DNA of 61,240 nt, filler included, from Sphacelaria rigidula (GCA_964200075.2; 6 parts of 6 records of this genome joined end to end with filler, not necessarily neighbours in it); one strand, 5' to 3'; shown: positions 12,340-25,382, counted from the whole stretch's first letter. The notes: a model not told the origin generated them from the sequence alone. Made by a program: numbers and translations.

Positions 12340-12487
12340 TTTCGACTCGAAAACGCACGGTGGAATCGAATTTACTCGTGCCGGATATGTCCACAGTATG
12401 TATGTTCTTAACCATCTGTGAAAATGAATAGCGTAGACGAATCAGAAACGAGCGAATTCGATTCGACCGCACGTTTTCGACACGAAA
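12340..12487. mobile_element. ~150-bp MITE; second copy 33838-33987
   Basis: TTTCGACTCGAAAACGCACGGTGGAATCGAATT...GAATTCGATTCGACCGCACGTTTTCGACACGAAA has inverted ends, and a colinear copy is present on contig 4. Confidence 0.7.
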
Positions 12488-12739
12488 ACAATTTGATAAG
12501 ACACGGTCCGAGCTGTAACCCGAAGGAATCACTTTCGAGCAACGAATGGCACCGCCCCTGGCGTCGGGTCGCTCATACATAGTTTCGACCAGTACCACAG
12601 GAGGGACGGTACTCTACGACGTCTCTCACGTCAAAGCGTTGGCGCGTAAAGCTATTGTGCGTATGAAAGCACGACTTCACTCTCCCTCTCTTCTCTTCCT
12701 TCACGATAAAACCCCCATTTTCACAACGACAAAACTATC

Positions 12740-15700
12740 GTGGAGCAGGCCGAATCCTCGTCCAACAATAACGACGTCGACGGCGTGCTGAGCTCTCGAG
12801 GCGACCAACATGTATCCGACGCTGGTGCAGATCCCGAGCTACTCTCGCCCGATCTTGCGGCCGCTTGCAAAGATAATGATACACTCCGTGCGAAGGAGCT
12901 TCTCGTCGATGGTGTTCCACCCGGCTACATCGATCCGGAATCAGGTACGTACACACTTCGAAGTATACAGTACAGTGTTTCTGTACGTTGACGTACCGCC
13001 ATTGGGTTAACGCTTCGACATCATTAGGATTGCCGCTGCCTGCTGACATGCGAGTGATATGTTGTCGATTTAACCCACCAGGGAGGGTGTGGATTGAGTT
13101 TGGTGCTGACTTTTTCCCCATCGGGAAAACGATTACCCGTTTTTCCTGACCATGGGGTTCTTGGATGTTTCAGCTGCAGCTCTTTCGTCAGATCTTGGTC
13201 GTTTTCTGCGTCCGCACACCGAAACTCTCAGTGCTGAACTTCACAACTTGAAAGATGACGCATAAACTGCGGCTGTCCATAGGCCTGTCAACCCGCAGTA
13301 CTGTAGATGCACTTGCCAAAACCCACCAAAAATCTACCTATTTGTACGTTGCGTCCATTTTCTTGTAGATGTGCCGCACTGCATTCTCATCTACACTACA
13401 CTGCACTGCATTGCACTGCACTGCACTGCACTGCACTCTACTCAACTCAACTCTACTACTCTACTTTACTACAACTATACTACACTACACCATACTATAC
13501 TATGCTATACTGTGCTACACTATACTTTACTATACTATATTCGAGGGTGCCCGTAGACTGGAGTTTCGGACACCATGTATTTACTCACAAACACACAAAC
13601 ACACACGATGTGAAGAAATAAACTTCTGTGCCCAAAACGTTGTAAAAAGTACAGTACTGTCGGCGTCTCAAATGATGTACTTCTCCCGTACCTTGTGTAC
13701 ATGCATTTATACGACAGGCACGGTGCACCATCTGTTTCCTTTTTATAGCACCCACTGGTTCAGTGGGCAGCAAGCCACCAAGATCATACTTGCCAACGTT
13801 GCACTAAAACACGACTTGGTGCATTCCACATAAGTTTTGTTCACCGATACAGCGTACTGCACTGTAGAACCCCACTACAAACAGCTGCATGCAGGAACAC
13901 GACACTATTCATGCGCTCAGAAGCGTTGTCGTCTTGCCACCCCCGGAGCCAGGATACAAGCGAATGACTTTGCCTGTAGTGTGGCCCACCTACCCGGTTG
14001 AATGAAGCGAAGCCGCTCGTAACAACTCGCATGTCATGTGGTCGGTCTGTGCCTGATACAGTAGCGAAAACTGCTTGATTCTAGACTGCGAGGACCCAAC
14101 TACTTCGGTCAAATGTAGGGCAACTCACTACTTGAATCCAGTAGGGCCAATCATAAATACTTGTATATAATGTGCCTAGTCGAAATCCCAAACTAGTACA
14201 AATAGAATATCGACATACACACGCTGGAAAATGACCCAACACGTATGAGGCGCGCAATGTTCCTCATGTACCCCCCTTCATGTGGGAAGTAAACGAAAGG
14301 TTAATGAAATCGTATGGTACAGTAGATAATAGCAAGGAAATGATCGCTATACTAGGTGGCAGATGGTGGCCATAGACAGCGAAACAGGAAGGGGATAAGA
14401 CATGTGAGCGGTTTTGTGTCATGTGTGGAAGAAGAATAATGAGCGTCGGAGGTGTCTATTAGGAGTAGGAACGGTGCTCCGTCTCGAAAGGAGTGCGTAT
14501 TCAATGGTCGAATGACTACGGCAAGCAACAAATAAGTACGCGCGCCCCCATTAAGGGTTGGCGTTATTTGGCGACGACGCTGTAAAACTCGCCACTCACT
14601 GCATAACAAGATAGGCAACCAGGATACCGTTTTTTCCTCCCTTACGTTTTTGTGCGGCAACCATGCATGGTAGGCCAGTAAGATCATGTTGTGCGAGGTG
14701 AGAGAACCTCAACCCCGCGCAAACGGAATGATTGTACTGCGTAGTATTTGAACGGTGAGACATCCCGTGAGGCAGTGTATCCCGTGGTTGCCCCTGGAAA
14801 TGGCGATGTCAGAAAATGAAGCAACGCCTTCGAGGCTGTCATCAATATGCAAAATAATCAGTATGCTTTGAAACGAACAAGTTTAGCAGGGTGCAGCTCA
14901 CCGCTCATGCGACTTCACGCTCGGTGACTGATTGCAAACCCAGTCCGGCGAAAACCGGCCGTGCTCCGTCCCGGCTTTGTAGGGATGTGAGGTCAATGGT
15001 CTTATGATTGCGCAATAAAATATCATGAATACACTCCCTCCCCTAAAACATCAAATTTCAGCTCCCCGGGCGCCCTCGAGGTGCTATACTGCACTCTTTC
15101 ACAGTCTTTGGTCTGTATCATCTGCGTATCTTACACGAAGGCAGGGTGCAGAGCCGCCAGAAGCAATTCGCTCCACAGAGCACCGGTCATTGCAGACCTG
15201 ATGTTGTTCAGATGCGCAGCGTGTTGACCTGGGTAGGGTTGCAGCCGGTGGTGTTACCGATAGTAGCCACGCTGCCATTCTGGTGGCGGCTTCATTTTTT
15301 TTTAATATCGTAGGCTGTATATCTATGTTCGTTGCTCGTTTCTTCGAACACGACAAAACTCTCAAACATACAGGAGGGCTATTGACAGCTCGATAGTGCT
15401 ACATAGTCAACTCTCTGTAACGTTGTGCGTCGCTATCTATCTATAATATCTTGTAGAGGTTCATGAACCGCGTTGGTATAGCTGCAGCTACTGCAGTGTG
15501 CCGTACTGGCCAAGCACTAAAACAAAAGGAAAAATAGTTCGTTACAGTGTGGATCGTTTGAAGAGGCTAGTGCGGGAAATCCTTCCCCTAGGTTCGGCGT
15601 TCATGGGGGGCTCCAACTCACCAAGGGTATAAAATCATGCTGAAGTTGGGATTAACTCCTCGAGTGTTCCCCGTAAGCGCTCTCATCGGGAAGGTTTGGA

Positions 15701-17532
15701 CATTGTCCAGCGTAATACCGACTACGAAAAAGTAGCGACCGGAGGTGGTTTCATCTCTAGTATAACACGGCGTCGGACGATCAATTTGAGATACATTTTC
15801 CTGATCTGCTCATTTGTGGTGGTGGGCACACGCCCACTGGACTTGGAATATTTATCCCTTGATTAATCTTTATCTGCGTCTAGGATGGTGAAACACAACC
15901 CTCATGACGAGTCTTGGCGAGCAAACCTGGTGTTCGCTAGCTGGTGGATGAGCTGCCGGTCGACTTCGCGTATTTACATCCACCAAAATACATACGCAGC
16001 CAGCAAAGGTTGATCCACATCTTGTGGGACTACCGGTATACACGGTGCAAAACAATGTCTACAACAACCACATTAGCAAAACGGACATGACATTTTTATG
16101 CGCAGCTTCCACGCAGCGAGCTGGGTGTAAATTCGGCGAAGATATGCAGAAGCGAGTAGGGTAGCGTTAGCGTAGTGTCCAGAGATCCTAAAGCGAGCCC
16201 TTGGGTGTCAAGGCGTGGCCAACGCAAGTTCTTCTGCTCTTTTGCCATGGTAGACGATGACAAGCGCTACTAGTGTATAGTATGTACCGCGAAATTGCTT
16301 TCATTGCAAACTGGTGCTTGGATGCCACGAGTGACGCCGGTGTAGAGGATGTAATATCGTTCAGAATCGTAGTGGTGTTTGAGCAATCAAGAACATAACG
16401 CAGCGCCACATTGACTGCCAACCAACATATGATCAGAGTCAACGCCACAGTTTCCACTGCTTCAAACGCTTCGACGTGTTGTCTGGAGAAAACGAAACAT
16501 CTCCCCCGCACTAAACGATCAAATTATATATTGTTACACCGCAATCGCGGCAGGACTTAGTGTCGGACATGTTAGTGACGCCGATGGAATGCTGTACACC
16601 ACAGCGAAGCAGTCAGTTACGTTCGTTTGATGCAGTATGCTGGAGAAGTGGCGACTTTGAATCGTTCAAAAAAGGGCGTCGTTTCCTTCCAGTAATCAAC
16701 AGTTTCCAATCAAAGCCAAGCACTCCGTATTTCCTTGTTACAGTTCATTTCTCGTCAACCACGCGCCAGCGAAATATTTGGACGGAATTTCCCGTTCTAC
16801 TCTTCGTCAACCCGTTTCGCATGGTGAGTAGGCCACAAGAGGACGGTAGGGTCATTTGGTCGAGCTGTGTAGCTGTATATTACATCTACAGTGGACACAT
16901 CCCCAACTAGCCTGTCGTGATCGCTTGTCAGTATATCCATGCCGAATATTCATGTAGAAGCACTTTCTCCTCGCAACGAGGTCATCCGTCTCCCGGGACA
17001 CACCATCGTCTCAATTCCTTCCCTTTCGCCTGTGAATGATGTCAGGTTGGTCCTGTTTGCATTGGGCGGCGTACAACGGAAACTCTGTTCTAGCACTCGC
17101 CTTGGTGCATGCGGGTGCTTCCAGGGGTTACCAGAGGGCATCGTCTATCCTATCGCAGGCACGACCGAGCCTACGGTGAAGGGGTAGCGTGGGGTGGGCG
17201 GACCTGGGTGAGGGTCGTGAAATCAAATTATGGTGGTCACGGGTCAGCCTCATCGAGTATCTCTCGGTTCAACCAAACTTCAAAGGATACGGGGTTCTCG
17301 CCTTTGGTGAATCGAGTCTTAACGGAACGGTGCTCTCCCTGCAGCTATTTTTTTTTATCTAAATATCATCGCTCGTGATTGGTGACGCGTTTAAGAGCCG
17401 TTGGTGGGAACCACCATGCCCAACATGAAAATGCTGCATATACCGTTGTGTGCTTCCTTTTTCGACTGGAGCAGACTCAGACGTGTTATTTCTCTGCACT
17501 GACTCCGGCGTTCGTGACCATAATGTTATCGC

Positions 17533-17566
<34 letters not shown>

Positions 17567-17568
17567 GC

Positions 17569-17604
<36 letters not shown>

Positions 17605-20214
17605 CGTTGTTGTTGTTTTCTCAGTATGACGCCGAAGTCGCATGCGAGTTACAGTAATTCGTGCGCGCGAGCGTGTGTTAGTGACCCCGCCCGTATGTTT
17701 ATACACAGGGGCGCAAAGCACAACACAAGCGAGGCCCAAACGGCCCCGGCGGTTCTGGCTTAGCTACGGATACACCTCTGCATTGGTCGGCCTATCGCGG
17801 CGATCTTCGCATCACTTGGATCCTCCTTCAGGTGTGGCTGTCTCTCTCACGTCTCGTGGATGTCCCCCGCTCGCGCAGGGTGTTAGCACACGGCCCTGCT
17901 CGTCCAACCCGTAGAAGAAGGAGTTGGAAGTTGACCATGTTGCAGAGTACGCTCGGAGCCAGCGCGATCATGGCATGTGCACAGCTGGTTGTCACAACAT
18001 CCACATGAACAGGTTGAACAAGTAATATTTGAAAACACCAGCAGCGGTAATAACGGTACCAGTAGAAGCACAAATAAAAAACCTTATGGCGTACAACTTC
18101 ATTTTTTGGTCTTGACTCGTCGTCATGCTGACAAGCAAGAATGACCCCCACGAGGCAGTCATTTCGTGCATCAGGAAAGTGCATGTGTCTGTCTCTAGCC
18201 GGCCATTCAGTAGGCCATGCTTCATATTACTACACGCGTGATACAAATAAAAACAGAATCCGCAGGATCACGGTATTGCCACGTATCTCACCGAGCACTG
18301 TACAGTGCAAGCTTCGGCCGAACGCTTTCAAAAGCTGCTCATCTAGGAGTACCCCCACACGATGTACCCTATAAATGTTTACATTGACACGTGTATTTGT
18401 ACAGACATATAACTACATTTTTATTTCCAACTACATGATGGCTATTTTACGATGCACGCAAAGTCGCTTGCTTCGGGCTGAAAGGGGGGGTCGAGTTTGC
18501 CTCGGTCGCTTCGGGTAAGATTTTTCTCACAGTTGGTTACGAGGATTTGCTTGCGTACCCTCCTCTCCCATTCTGTCGACCTGCTCCACTAGCCCGTGAA
18601 GAACTTGCTGAACTAGCATATAACCCGTCTCCAGGGAAAATTGTGAACTCTAGTCGGTTGATTGTTAGGACTGTATCCTCGCCTTGTCACCCCGCTGGAT
18701 TTTCGTAGTGTCTTCGGGTTTGGATGATGTAGGCATCATCTGCGCATACTGTAGGACAAAAAGAGTAATTGGCGTTATGTAAGGATCAATCTTTCTGTGT
18801 CTAGCATATGCAGGAATTTGACAGAGTACTTTCACATTTTAGTTTGTCGCCATGAGCACGCATTCCTCCTCGTGTGGCGGCTATTTTTGCCTACCTATGC
18901 GCGGTATGAACGAACAGACAAGGTAGTTTTCACCAGTTCTTGACCCATGCGTCGTTTCAGCAGAGGTTAAACACCTTCAGCCCCTTCAGCTCCCGCAGAT
19001 GGGCAACAAGTCTGGCAGCCATTTACCCAGTGAACATAATGCCAATTCATCGGGTGGACGCCTAAGGCGATCAGAACCTCCAATTGTCGCGGCTATTTGT
19101 TCCGAATATGTATGGCAGGAGGGATATTCTCCGAACGACGTGGACAACATGGGAAACACCGTCACGCATCTCGCCGCGGCAAACGGTCACGAGGTTGGTT
19201 GACAGATGTGATCTTGGATTGCCAATCACGGATTTTCTTCCCGTTGGACATGGCTACCGTGGGTGGGTTCTTCACGTGGCCCCCGAGCCACCCATTCGCC
19301 TTGCCCACAGTTCGGGCGCTTCCCAGTGTAGACAAAGTCAATATGCAATACTCATCTTTGAGGATACTGTGTTTGTCTACGTCCGATATCTCGTCCCCGG
19401 TGTTTGAAATGAAGCACGTGTACCCGGCACGCACCGCAAGAGGCATACTGTTACATTTGGATGCTGTAGATCGTTTGCTTGAAAACACACAGGGCAATTC
19501 TCATTCCGGTGCGGTGTGCCACATAGCTCGGATGTCACCCATCCATGTGTCCGCAGCCTTCCGGATATGGACTATGCTGAGCTATCTGCTACGTTTCCTG
19601 CGCGCTCTCCTCCGACAAAAGCAAGGGAAAAAAAAAAGAAGACGAACGAGCGAACGAAAACGCCCTTGTGTGTGTGCCTCCCCAAGCTTGAATGCTGTGT
19701 GCAAGTACATGATTTGTGTTGTACTTCTAATTTCACCACGTCTTAGAGACGATACACTGCTGCATTATTCATGCTCTACATGCTTCCCGACAACTTGTTA
19801 GTAGAAACAAGAGCGGCGAAATATCGACCCCCTTCCGGTGGGTATGTTGCTTTTTCTATTCCTCCAGCGTCGACCACGCCCTAGACATACGGTCTCGAGA
19901 GATTTCCCGCCTCTGTATCTGCCTACGCACAAAACTGCGTCACGCCCCCCCGCCGTGACAGCAAAAAACAACGAAACATTTTCCCAGCCTGCTAAATTTC
20001 TCGAGACGCGCGAAATGTTCCAATGCAACTTCATCAGCGTATCCTGGACACACTGGTCCGAGACGGCGCCGACGTGCACCGGAAGAACAAGTTCAAGAAC
20101 ACGCCCTACGATGTGGCCAACTCGGCGGAATGCCGACGCTTGCTGAAGGAGGCGGGGGCGTCTCCGGCACCGTGTGCAGAAGACGCGGAGAATATGCACC
20201 GGGTTAATCTTCAG
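12740..20214 (+). CDS. Ankyrin-repeat protein (partial; exons 12740-12944, 17046-17158, 17709-17831, 19119-19193, 20038-20214)
   Basis: Spliced product: ...LAAACKDNDTLRAKELLVDGVPPGYIDPES(G)WSCLHWAAYNGNSVLALALVHAGASRGYQRASSILSQ|GRKAQHKRGPNGPGGSGLATDTPLHWSAYRGDLRITWILLQ|EGYSPNDVDNMGNTVTHLAAANGHE|RILDTLVRDGADVHRKNKFKNTPYDVANSAECRRLLKEAGA...VNLQ. About 4 ankyrin repeats (TPLH..A..G..LL..GA) with consistent phases. The 3' end runs off the contig and no in-frame ATG was found in the first exon. Confidence 0.88.
13395..13540. repeat. Compound pentanucleotide microsatellite (CTGCA/CTACA/CTATA)
   Basis: Tandem 5-mers in intron 1 of the ankyrin gene. Confidence 0.9.
14752..15001 (+). repeat. Dispersed MITE-like repeat (copy of 5090-5348) ending in ...GAGGTCAATGGTC
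   Basis: Colinear similarity to 5090-5348. Its right end is the reverse complement of GACCATTGACC units at 44400 and 44481. Confidence 0.6.
17531..17616. repeat. (GTT)n microsatellite
   Basis: About 28 near-perfect GTT units in intron 2 of the ankyrin gene. Confidence 0.95.
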
Positions 20215-20272
20215 GTGGGGGTCGCAGGCACGGGGAAGGGGATGGTAGCGAGGGAGGGAAGGAGGCAGGGAT

Positions 20273-20275
<3 letters not shown>

Positions 20276-20321
<46 letters not shown>

Positions 20322-20337
20322 GGGGGGGGGGGGGGGT
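20276..20337. repeat. (GA)n plus poly-G at contig end
   Basis: Seen directly in the sequence. Confidence 0.9.
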
Positions 20338-20349
20338 GCTCATGATAAT

Positions 20350-20449
20350 NNNNNNNNNNNNNNNNNNNNNNNNNNNNNNNNNNNNNNNNNNNNTTAATTA
20401 ATTAANNNNNNNNNNNNNNNNNNNNNNNNNNNNNNNNNNNNNNNNNNNN
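20350..20449. other. Artificial contig spacer
   Basis: N44-TTAATTAATTAA-N44. Confidence 0.97.
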
Positions 20450-21322
20450 ATTATAAAAGCATCGCGGCTTCGGATGGGGGCATTTCATAGCCGGAAAATA
20501 GAAGGCTCGAGCTGAACAGATATGGTAATGACTCGGGGCGCTTCATGTTCCGTGTCCTGTGCGTCGATTACCTACCACTCGTAGTCCGGGAAAAATTGGC
20601 GAGGCGTGAGATAATGTTGCTACTTTGGCTACAGGCTGTTGCTACCGTGCGCTCATGTTTTGTACATAGATGTGTGTAAGCGTTGCCGGCATCCGAGGTA
20701 ACTGGGACAGGGCGGGCAAGGAGCAGAAGAAAATATACGAACCTCGCAAAGCCCGCCAGACTTTTCGTTTTTTGCCAGTGTTGATCAATTTCTGTCGACA
20801 TTTTCAACAAAAAATTGAAAAATTCATAAGAAAAAACACACAAAACAAAATGTTAGCCATGATCATGAGTACACCCCCCCCCCTCCCGATCGGAATTTTT
20901 TCGAAAATTGTCAAGGGCGGGGGGGGGGGCTCCGTGTCCGATTTTTTCTCTCGACATACCCTTGATAAACCCTGAATTTTCAAGCATTGTTTTCCAGTAT
21001 GGCATGGCGAGGCATCTCGCTTGAACTCGCAAGTGGGGCCATTCCGGGACAGTATTCTAGTGCGATGCGGTGCCCACTTCCAGGAGTCAGGAGCCAAGAC
21101 TAGGCAAGGGCTTTGTGTGCGCAACTTGGATACATTCACGGCAGCAGCCCAGTTTTTTTCTTGTTTTCGTCGACTTAGGGCATCCCTATTTTTTTCATAT
21201 ATCCAGATCGCTCTAAATATCGCATCTTTTGTTTTCGTTTCCCCGTTGCTGCTTCCCTGAATGCCTGCACATTGATGAAAAGGACACCGTTGCAAAATTT
21301 CACCTCGTATGGCCGTTTCTTA

Positions 21323-21742
21323 CGGTTCGCATTTTCTGGGGCTCGTGTTTTCTACCTTTGACACATTTCAAACGGTTTTTGCTCTCGAAACAGACATCAT
21401 CGACATCACACGTCTTGGACATTTCGCATCGCCCCACCGAGAGGAGTCTATCCCTCTTTTCCGATTCGCACGGCTCAGAGGTTTCGAGAATGGCCTCAGG
21501 GCAATAATGCGGCTCGAAAACAAAATGCAGTGTCTGCAAGTATTTTTTTTGTGAAAATTCCTGCACACATCGCTTTTTTTTGTCAGTTGTGTTCTTATCC
21601 TGAGACCGTTCTCGAAACATCCGAGCCGTGCGAATCGAAAAGTGTCCGAGACGTGTGATGGCGATAGTCTCTGTTTCGCGCCCAAAACTGTGTCAAGTGT
21701 CTCAAAAGTGAAAAATACAAGCCCAAAGAAATACAAATCGCA
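21323..21742. mobile_element. Foldback (long-TIR) non-autonomous element
   Basis: Left arm (CGAAACAGAC..CATCACACGTCTTGGACA..CGATTCGCACGGCTCAGAGGTTTCGAGAATGGCCTCAGG) is the reverse complement of the right arm (CCTGAGACCGTTCTCGAAACATCCGAGCCGTGCGAATCG..TGTCCGAGACGTGTGATG..TCTGTTTCG). Confidence 0.7.
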
Positions 21743-22954
21743 ATAACCGGCATTACTGCAAACATTGACCATCGCACACTGGTTGAACCGGAATGTGCGC
21801 CTTGGTTTCTGCACACCCTGGACGAAAGAATACACTGTCAAAAAGTGCACTGTGTACAGTAACGACTACTGCGCCTATTGCAGCAGACAATGAATTCCAT
21901 ACGATACGCAGTACGGTTTTTTACAATGGAAGCTTTCGTCCAGTATGTGGATTGCTGGCCCAGGTCGTACCCGTTTTCCGAATTTCCCGTCTTGTGGTTG
22001 CTAATGGGGAAGAATTCGCTGTCCCGCGCTGAGGATTTGTTCTCTCGTCTCAGCGAAGGCTCTCTCTGGAGTGGCCACTTGTATAGGGTGGGGTAACGAT
22101 AAGTCAGCTGTGTTTCATTCGTCGCGTATCTCGTAGATGATGTACCTGACCTCGAGCAACGTCTTTTCTCCTCGGTCCTTTCCTCCTCTTGCGCTGTGTT
22201 CACCCACATTTCTCCTGTAACCAGTGGCGCTGGATCCTTTTCGGACAGGGCACACGGAGCGGACCGAGCCTGGCGCGTCGTGTTTCTGTACATCCGCTTT
22301 GAGTTTTTTTTTGAAATTGACAGTTGTCAAGTAGTGGTTGAGCAGCATAAATATTCATTATGGTGCCCTCCCGCGGGTTCGATTCATGTTTGTCATTTGC
22401 CCGGGATGTAGTGGGGCAAGGGGGCCAAAAAATGACACGTCTGGTATTGCACAGATTCTATCTCAATTTCGTAGCCCTTCGGTATTCGTGTGTTGGCGGC
22501 GGGGGGGGTTGTGTTGTGTTCTCCTCTTCCATATCAAGATGGATGGGGGGGGAGGGGTTATAACGCTTCTTCTTTGTTTTTTCTGTCGAAGGCCAAGATG
22601 GGGTGGGAGGTGTGGAACTCATGGCTGATGGCCACGATGGTTACTACATATTATTATATAGATATGGCAGAGGCGTCATACACTACGATCCTCAACGGTT
22701 TGAATGGGTCTACGGGATGGTCTTTTTACGGGTTGCGAACTATTGGCAGTATTACTCATAGTATCGTACTGAGGCCGATGTATATTCCTTTTGTTTGGGG
22801 GAGGGGGGGGGTTATACATGTTCGTATTCTATCCTTAAAGCGGCAATATCATTTAATGCAAAAGCAGGAAGCACACACGACATAATAAACTGCAAGGAAA
22901 TCTTATTATTGACTCCAACGGGTTGGACACGTTGACACCTGTCCAACTTCGGGG

Positions 22955-23108
22955 CCTTGTGCAAGGTACCTTACGCAACCTTGCGCAGCGTACCTTGTGC
23001 AAGGTACCTTACAGGACGTTGCGCAAGGTACCTTACGCAACCTGACACGTTGCCAAATGCGGAAAACCTACCTTGCCTGGGCAGATTGAGGCAAGGTGCC
23101 TGCAAGGT
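22955..23108. repeat. Minisatellite built from palindromic units (TACCTTGTGCAAGGTA)
   Basis: CCTTGTGCAAGGTACCTTAC repeated about 3-4 times with decayed variants. Confidence 0.7.
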
Positions 23109-23139
23109 CCTGGAGCCTGCACCCAGTGGCCACCTGTGC

Positions 23140-25382
23140 GCTGGTGGCTAGCGGAGCGGAGGAGAGCAGAAAGAAAGCGGAGATGGCGCTGGCGGGGATG
23201 GCCAAGGACAAATGCTCAACCGCGGAGATGATATCGCGGCAGCAGGACAGGTGGCAGGACAAGACGCAGTCGTCTCGATCCAGAACGAGTAGGCCGATAG
23301 CGAGTTTCTGTTTGTTGCTGAGAAAGACAGAGTAGGGCAGCCTGGATTCGGCTTGCCTTCACCGGTTGACCTACATGTGAGCGAAGGAGAGGTAGCACCC
23401 ACCAGTATGGATGACATAACATAATCAGAGTTTCGAGAGGAATGGTCAGGCGCGATGCAGGCCGAACCGGGAGATCATGAAAAGGCTGGAACATTTTCGA
23501 TTGGCCCTGTACCGGAAGAAGTAAACGTGATTTCAGCGAAGTGGGCTTTTAGTTAGAAAACTGACGCGGATGGTACTGTAACGAAGGCAAAGGCTAGGTT
23601 GGTAGAGCGAGGATTCCGACAACGTTTCGCAGTCGACTATTTCGAGACTTTCGCGGCAACGCTCTCCATGGCCTCCATTTAACTGGTCATGGCAGTGGCA
23701 GTTCAGGAAGAGTGGCCGCTGTACCATTTCGACGTAGCACAGGCTTTTGTTCAGGCGAAGATGGACACTGACATGTACATAAGACTGCCTGAAGGTTGCT
23801 ACGGTTTGACAGACATGGCCGTTGAGCTCGAAAAATCTATTCACGGGATCAAGCAAGTAGGCAGGCAGTGATCACGTCTTCTGTGCAAAACCTTTCTGGA
23901 GGATGTCGGGATGGTGCAGTGTGACCCTGACCCTTGTGTTTTCAAGATGGAAAAAGCAGGAGACGTGCGTGTGATTTTAGTCGTCCATGTGGATGACATT
24001 CTGATCGGTGGTGCTGAGGAAAATGTGCGAAAGGTAGGCAACATTTTGAACGACAAGCTCCTCACGAACAATCTCGGACAGGTCATATGGTACATGGGGT
24101 GTGCGGTGAACAGGGATTGGGATAGATGCACGCTGTCGGTGATGCAACCACGTTCACGGACACGCTCCTAAAGCGTTTTGAGGTGAGGGGATGCTCAGAA
24201 ATTCCTGCCTCTGTTCCTGTCAAGTTGAGGCCGACAACGGGCGAAGACACAGTGGTGAATCATCCATACCGTAACGCAGGGGGGGGACTGATGTAGTTAG
24301 CAACAGTCACTAGACCAGACGTAGCGAATGCAGTTCGAGCCCTCGCTCGCCAGTCACATGACCCGTGCGCGAGGCACTGGGAAGCAGTGGCGAAGGTCCT
24401 GAAGTATCCAATAGGACAAAGGAGGTTGGACTTACGTTCGAGAGAGATCACGACAGGCTTTCAGTTTACGGTGATGCAGACTACGCTAAGAAGGAAACAG
24501 GTGGGCGTTTAGTCTCGGGGGTAGCTGTGATGTATGGCGGTGTTGTAGTGTCAGCAACGAGTCGCACGCAACACTGTGTGACTCGATCAACCACGGAGGC
24601 GGAGTATGTCGCAATGGCTGAGGGGGCAAAGGAAGGACTGTTTGTGAAGGCAATGTTGACGTTTCTGCGACCTCAGACTGTGTTGGGATGTGGGGTAGAC
24701 CCCGACATTGTTTAATACGAGGACAACGAGGGAGTGAAGAACACAGGATTTTACAATTGGGGATGGATCATTCATTGGGGATGAAAACCCGGACGATTCA
24801 AATCTTCGTGTCCACACCAAATCTTCGAAGTATGCTTCCATTTCTTGCTTGCCAATAGCGTTTGGCAACTACTAGACGCCATGAGAATTTGGATTTCGAT
24901 AACCAAAATGTCGGGATCCTAGGGGGAAAAAATGTTTTGGGGGGGCTTAGGTGTCCGATCGGACGCCAAAATTGTTTTTTCACCTAGGACTCCGACATTT
25001 CGGTCATCGAAACCTAAATTCGTATGGCGTGTAGCAGTTGTCAATAGCTCTCCTCAAGTGAAGAAACGGAAGCATACTTCGAAGATTTGGTGTGGATACG
25101 AAGATTTTAATTCTCCGGGTTTTCATCCCCAATAAAATATCCATCCCCAATTTGTAAAATCCCGTGTTGAAGGCTCTGGCCGAAAATCTCCTCAGTTCTG
25201 AAAGGATTAGGCACATCAACGTGAGGTATCACTTCATTCGAGAGCTGGTGGGAACGGGAAAGATCAGGGTTGTGCATGTAGATTCAAGATGGCAGCATGC
25301 TGATATTTTGACGAAGTCTTCCTCGATCAAGTTGTTTGCGAGGCACAGACGGTTCCTGACGAACTTGGAAGGTAACAAGTAG
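23140..25382 (+). pseudogene. Ty1/copia retrotransposon pol remnant (RT + RNase H), 5'-truncated
   Basis: VISAKWAFS*KTDADGTVTKAKARLVERGF..DYFETFA..YHFDVAQAFVQ..LEKSIHGIKQ..VVHVDDILI (copia RT). VYGDADYA..SRTQHCVTRSTTEAEYVAM..YEDNEGVK/ALAEN..RHINVRYHFIRE..QHADILTK (RNase H). Several stops, frameshifts and a MITE insertion. Confidence 0.93.
24740..25168. mobile_element. 429-bp foldback MITE inserted in copia RNase H, AAC...GTT termini, TSD GAAG
   Basis: AACACAGGATTTTACAA / TTGTAAAATCCCGTGTT. GAAG at 24736-24739 and 25169-25172. Removing the element and one GAAG restores GGA GTG AAG GCT CTG (EDNEGVKALAEN). Confidence 0.92.

Noticed and set aside
17359..17739. Poly-Thr / poly-Leu ORFs
   Set aside because: Translations of an intronic (GTT)n microsatellite.
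22955..23108. CRISPR-like palindromic repeats
   Set aside because: No unique spacers of regular length, no cas genes, and a eukaryotic context.
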